From the NCBI GenBank assembly GCA_958009085.1, contig OY253674.1, forward strand, positions 1 through 64,000: a stretch of 64,000 nt of DNA, given 5' to 3'. This DNA is from Protoeuglena noctilucae. Lineage: Eukaryota. Position numbers and translations under genes: made by a program. The notes beneath the pieces are model-generated. The model was given only the letters and a program-made list of their open reading frames with translations, had not been told where the DNA came from and made no database searches. Below, one piece after another: positions 61,404 to 64,000 of this stretch. How positions within the stretch are numbered: the first letter of the stretch is position 1; each line of letters begins with the position of its first letter.

Positions 61404-61529
61404 CGCTTCAATGGTGGCCGCCTCTTGGGGGCTCTAATGCATGGCTTTGTGTAAGCACCTATCCTCGTCAATGATCATCTCACTCTGAACGACGTACGTA
61501 TTACAGAAGATCCAAGGACGGTAGCAAGT

Positions 61530-63566
61530 CTACCCACCAGGTATCAGGTCCGCGGAAATCCCCCGTCGCACTGCCTGGCGTGCCACTTCCCCATCCTTCA
61601 GCTTGTTCGGCTTGCTGACGCGGCCAGACTTGGTCACAAGGGCGAATCGCTGCATGCTTGCGTCGGCCGCCGCCGTCCGTGGCCTGCGCGGGGGCAGCGA
61701 TGAGTCCAAGTGTGGGAGGGGGCTTGGGCACGTGCAGCGTGCAGCAGGGTGTTGCGCGGTGCGGGCGCCACACACCTGGCTTGGCTGCCCTTGGCGGGCG
61801 TGCTCTGGGGCGTCGGGTCGTCCCCAGCGTCGTTCATCTCCGTCTCCTGCGTCCCTGTCTCCTCCTTCATGGGAACCAACACCGACGATAGCGCTGCTGG
61901 CAAGGGGCCTTCCACGCGCGCCAGCAGCTCGCAGGGCGCGGAGGAGATGCCGCTGAGGCGGAGGCTCGTGCGGCGCCTCCTCCTTTGGAAAAGGTACGCA
62001 CGGAAGGTCTGACCCGAGCCGGCCATCTTGACGGGGGTGTCTGACAGGAGCTCGATGTCTTCAAAGCCCGATGACTTCATGTGCGCAAGGATGTCGTGGA
62101 CTCTCCTGCGACGCGGGGCAGGGTGGGAACATGAACACAGTTCGGAGGGTGGAAAAGCAACGCAACACCCTCGTTGGCGCCCCCCCAGCTCCCCCATGTC
62201 CGCGCCCCCGCACCTCTGCACCACCGCCACCGACTGCAGCGTACTGCTGCTGGTGAATAGCCTCCCAAACGCTTCCTTGGCCGATGGGGGCATGCCCTCC
62301 CAAAAGGCGTAGGCGTGGGTGGCAGGGTCCAAGGTCGCCACCTTCTCAATGGGCGTGCACATGATGTGAGGCGGCGGGGTTAACTTGCTCGGAAGCATGC
62401 CCCTGCGCGCGTGGGAGGGAGACGGTCGCATGGCTGCCTGCCGTCGACAGCGACGGGCGCATGGGGCGTGCTCAGCCCAACGGACACCCACCTCTCGCCC
62501 AGCTTTTCCAACATCACAGAGACCATGTGCTCCCCCTTCATGCACTTCACGTTGTCCACCTCGTAACCCACGGTCTTGCAGCCGCGCGCTACCCAGGCGT
62601 GCAGGAGGGGGCGCCCAACGCCCGCACCCACGTCCACCACCATGCTGTCAGCTCCCAGACCGCAGTGCGAGGTCCAGTCATCCAGCACCTGTTGAAAACC
62701 AGCCTGCGGGAGTGGGCGGAGGCCACCGTCAGGCTTGGCGCGTGCGTGAAGGTGCTGGGGCCGGGAGGCGCGGCTGTCCTGCGCCTTGGGCCCGGTCACG
62801 GGACGAGGAGTGCAAGATGATAGCGATAGCAAGCGGAAAACGCAGCATGGGCACCCAACACCGCGCGAACCGGCGCGGGCGCGGACTCGCGCCAAAAAAC
62901 ATAGCGCAGTACGGGAAACGCTGCGCCGTCGCGACTGGGGTCCGGGGTGCCTCGCTCTTGAGGCAAGCACAAGCTATGCAACACGAAGATGGCAATGGTA
63001 TGGATGAATCGGGAAAACGTGGCCAGGGCAGGCGGTCGAGGGTGCGGCAGGCGGCAAGGCAAGTGAGCGCTGGGGCGAGCCCCGCGTCGCACAAAGAGAT
63101 CTCTGCGGCCCGCCGCTTGGCGGAGAAGATCAGCAAGCTGCAATGCATGCATCAGCGCCGCGAGACTCGCCATGGTGATGGTCCCGTAGAGGCCGTCCAC
63201 GCCCTCGCCGCCCCCAATCTTGCTCTCGAGCGATTGCATCAGCGATTGGAGGGTGCGCAGCTGCAGGGCCTTCTTCTCCGCCACGTCCGCCCCTTCATCT
63301 GCCCCCACACACATCTCGGCGACCGGCGCAGTTCCCCTGCCACCAAGGGGGCTCCCCGAGCCCCTCCACCACCCCAAGAATCCCAGAATCGACGACGTGG
63401 TCCAAACGTTATGCAATAGAGAAGTGCGCCGGGAGCGCCGCACGCGCCGTGGTGTCGCTATCGCGCGCGCCGGGGCCCAGCTCACAACGAGATGGCGGGA
63501 ACGGGAAACGCTGGGGAGAGTGCGCGTCGATGCCTGCTCAGCTACTGCCAAACGCTTTTGGCTCAT
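61530..63566 (-). CDS. DOT1-like class I SAM-dependent methyltransferase
   Basis: GGGEGVDGLYGTIT (cf. DOT1 YGE), motif I VVDVGAGVGRPLLHA, VGYEVD. Spliced; start uncertain. Confidence 0.7.
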
Positions 63567-63814
63567 ATATACGCTGGGGGGCTGCGCGGCGTCGACAAGA
63601 GGGCTGTGTTTGCCGCGTCAGGAAACGGTCACACTGGCAGCGCGAAACGGACGCCATGAGAGCGGCCCAGCACGCTAGGACCCATCCAGGGCGGTGACGT
63701 CGAGTCAAGGACGCGGCTGGGAGGGCAGTGGCGGTGGGGACACGCCTGCGCTGATGGCATGACACGGCCGCTCCCCAACTGCGCGCCCCCGGCGGACGCG
63801 ACGGCCTGCTAGCG

Positions 63815-63904
63815 ATGCCAGCTCTGTGTCTCTACATCTTCAACCGAGCGGGCACGTGCCTGCATTACAAGGAGTGGAACAGGCCGCGGGGACCGGTCGG
63901 GAAG
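63815..63904 (+). CDS. TRAPPC1: TRAPP complex subunit 1 (BET5/sybindin family), exon 1, continues beyond window
   Basis: MPALCLYIFNRAGTCLHYKEWNR matches the TRAPPC1 N-terminal pattern LY.F.R.G.CL.Y.EW.R; followed by donor AAG|GTACGC. Confidence 0.8.
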
Positions 63905-64000
63905 GTACGCCCCTCTTGTTCGCGCCCGCTGCTCGACGCCGCATCGACAGGGCAGGGCGTTGAGTAGTTACTGCCCTTCCTCACCGCGTCGTGCTGCGCA

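Overview
Left end of a chromosome from a GC-rich photosynthetic, flagellate eukaryote, most likely a green alga (plastid-type LPD, D27, dynein IC140); the species cannot be named from sequence. Order: (CCCTAA)n telomere (1-~235); three tRNA genes (Thr-CGT, iMet-like CAT, Ser-GCT); an apparently intact single-ORF L1/Tx1-type non-LTR retrotransposon (~1270-7123) nested in decayed relatives; then about 16 spliced protein genes (plastid LPD, eRF1, IC140/WDR63, CML21-like, PPR-like, RCC1-repeat, ZCCHC10-like, CENP-S, a 15.7-kb filamin-repeat gene, D27, LEA-like, cytidylyltransferase-like, DOT1-like, TRAPPC1 and hypotheticals). Three signals stand out. (1) Introns of the filamin gene carry 'echo' copies of the adjacent exon end plus splice site that differ from the exon mostly at synonymous positions (hand count 21 synonymous vs 5 non-synonymous). 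(2) The retroelement has a candidate 11-bp TSD, a sense-strand poly(T) tail, no ORF1 and no AUG before its endonuclease domain. (3) Introns are polarised (G-rich 5' half, C-rich 3' half) and GC-AG donors are frequent. All exon boundaries and product calls were made by eye from motifs, with no database search.
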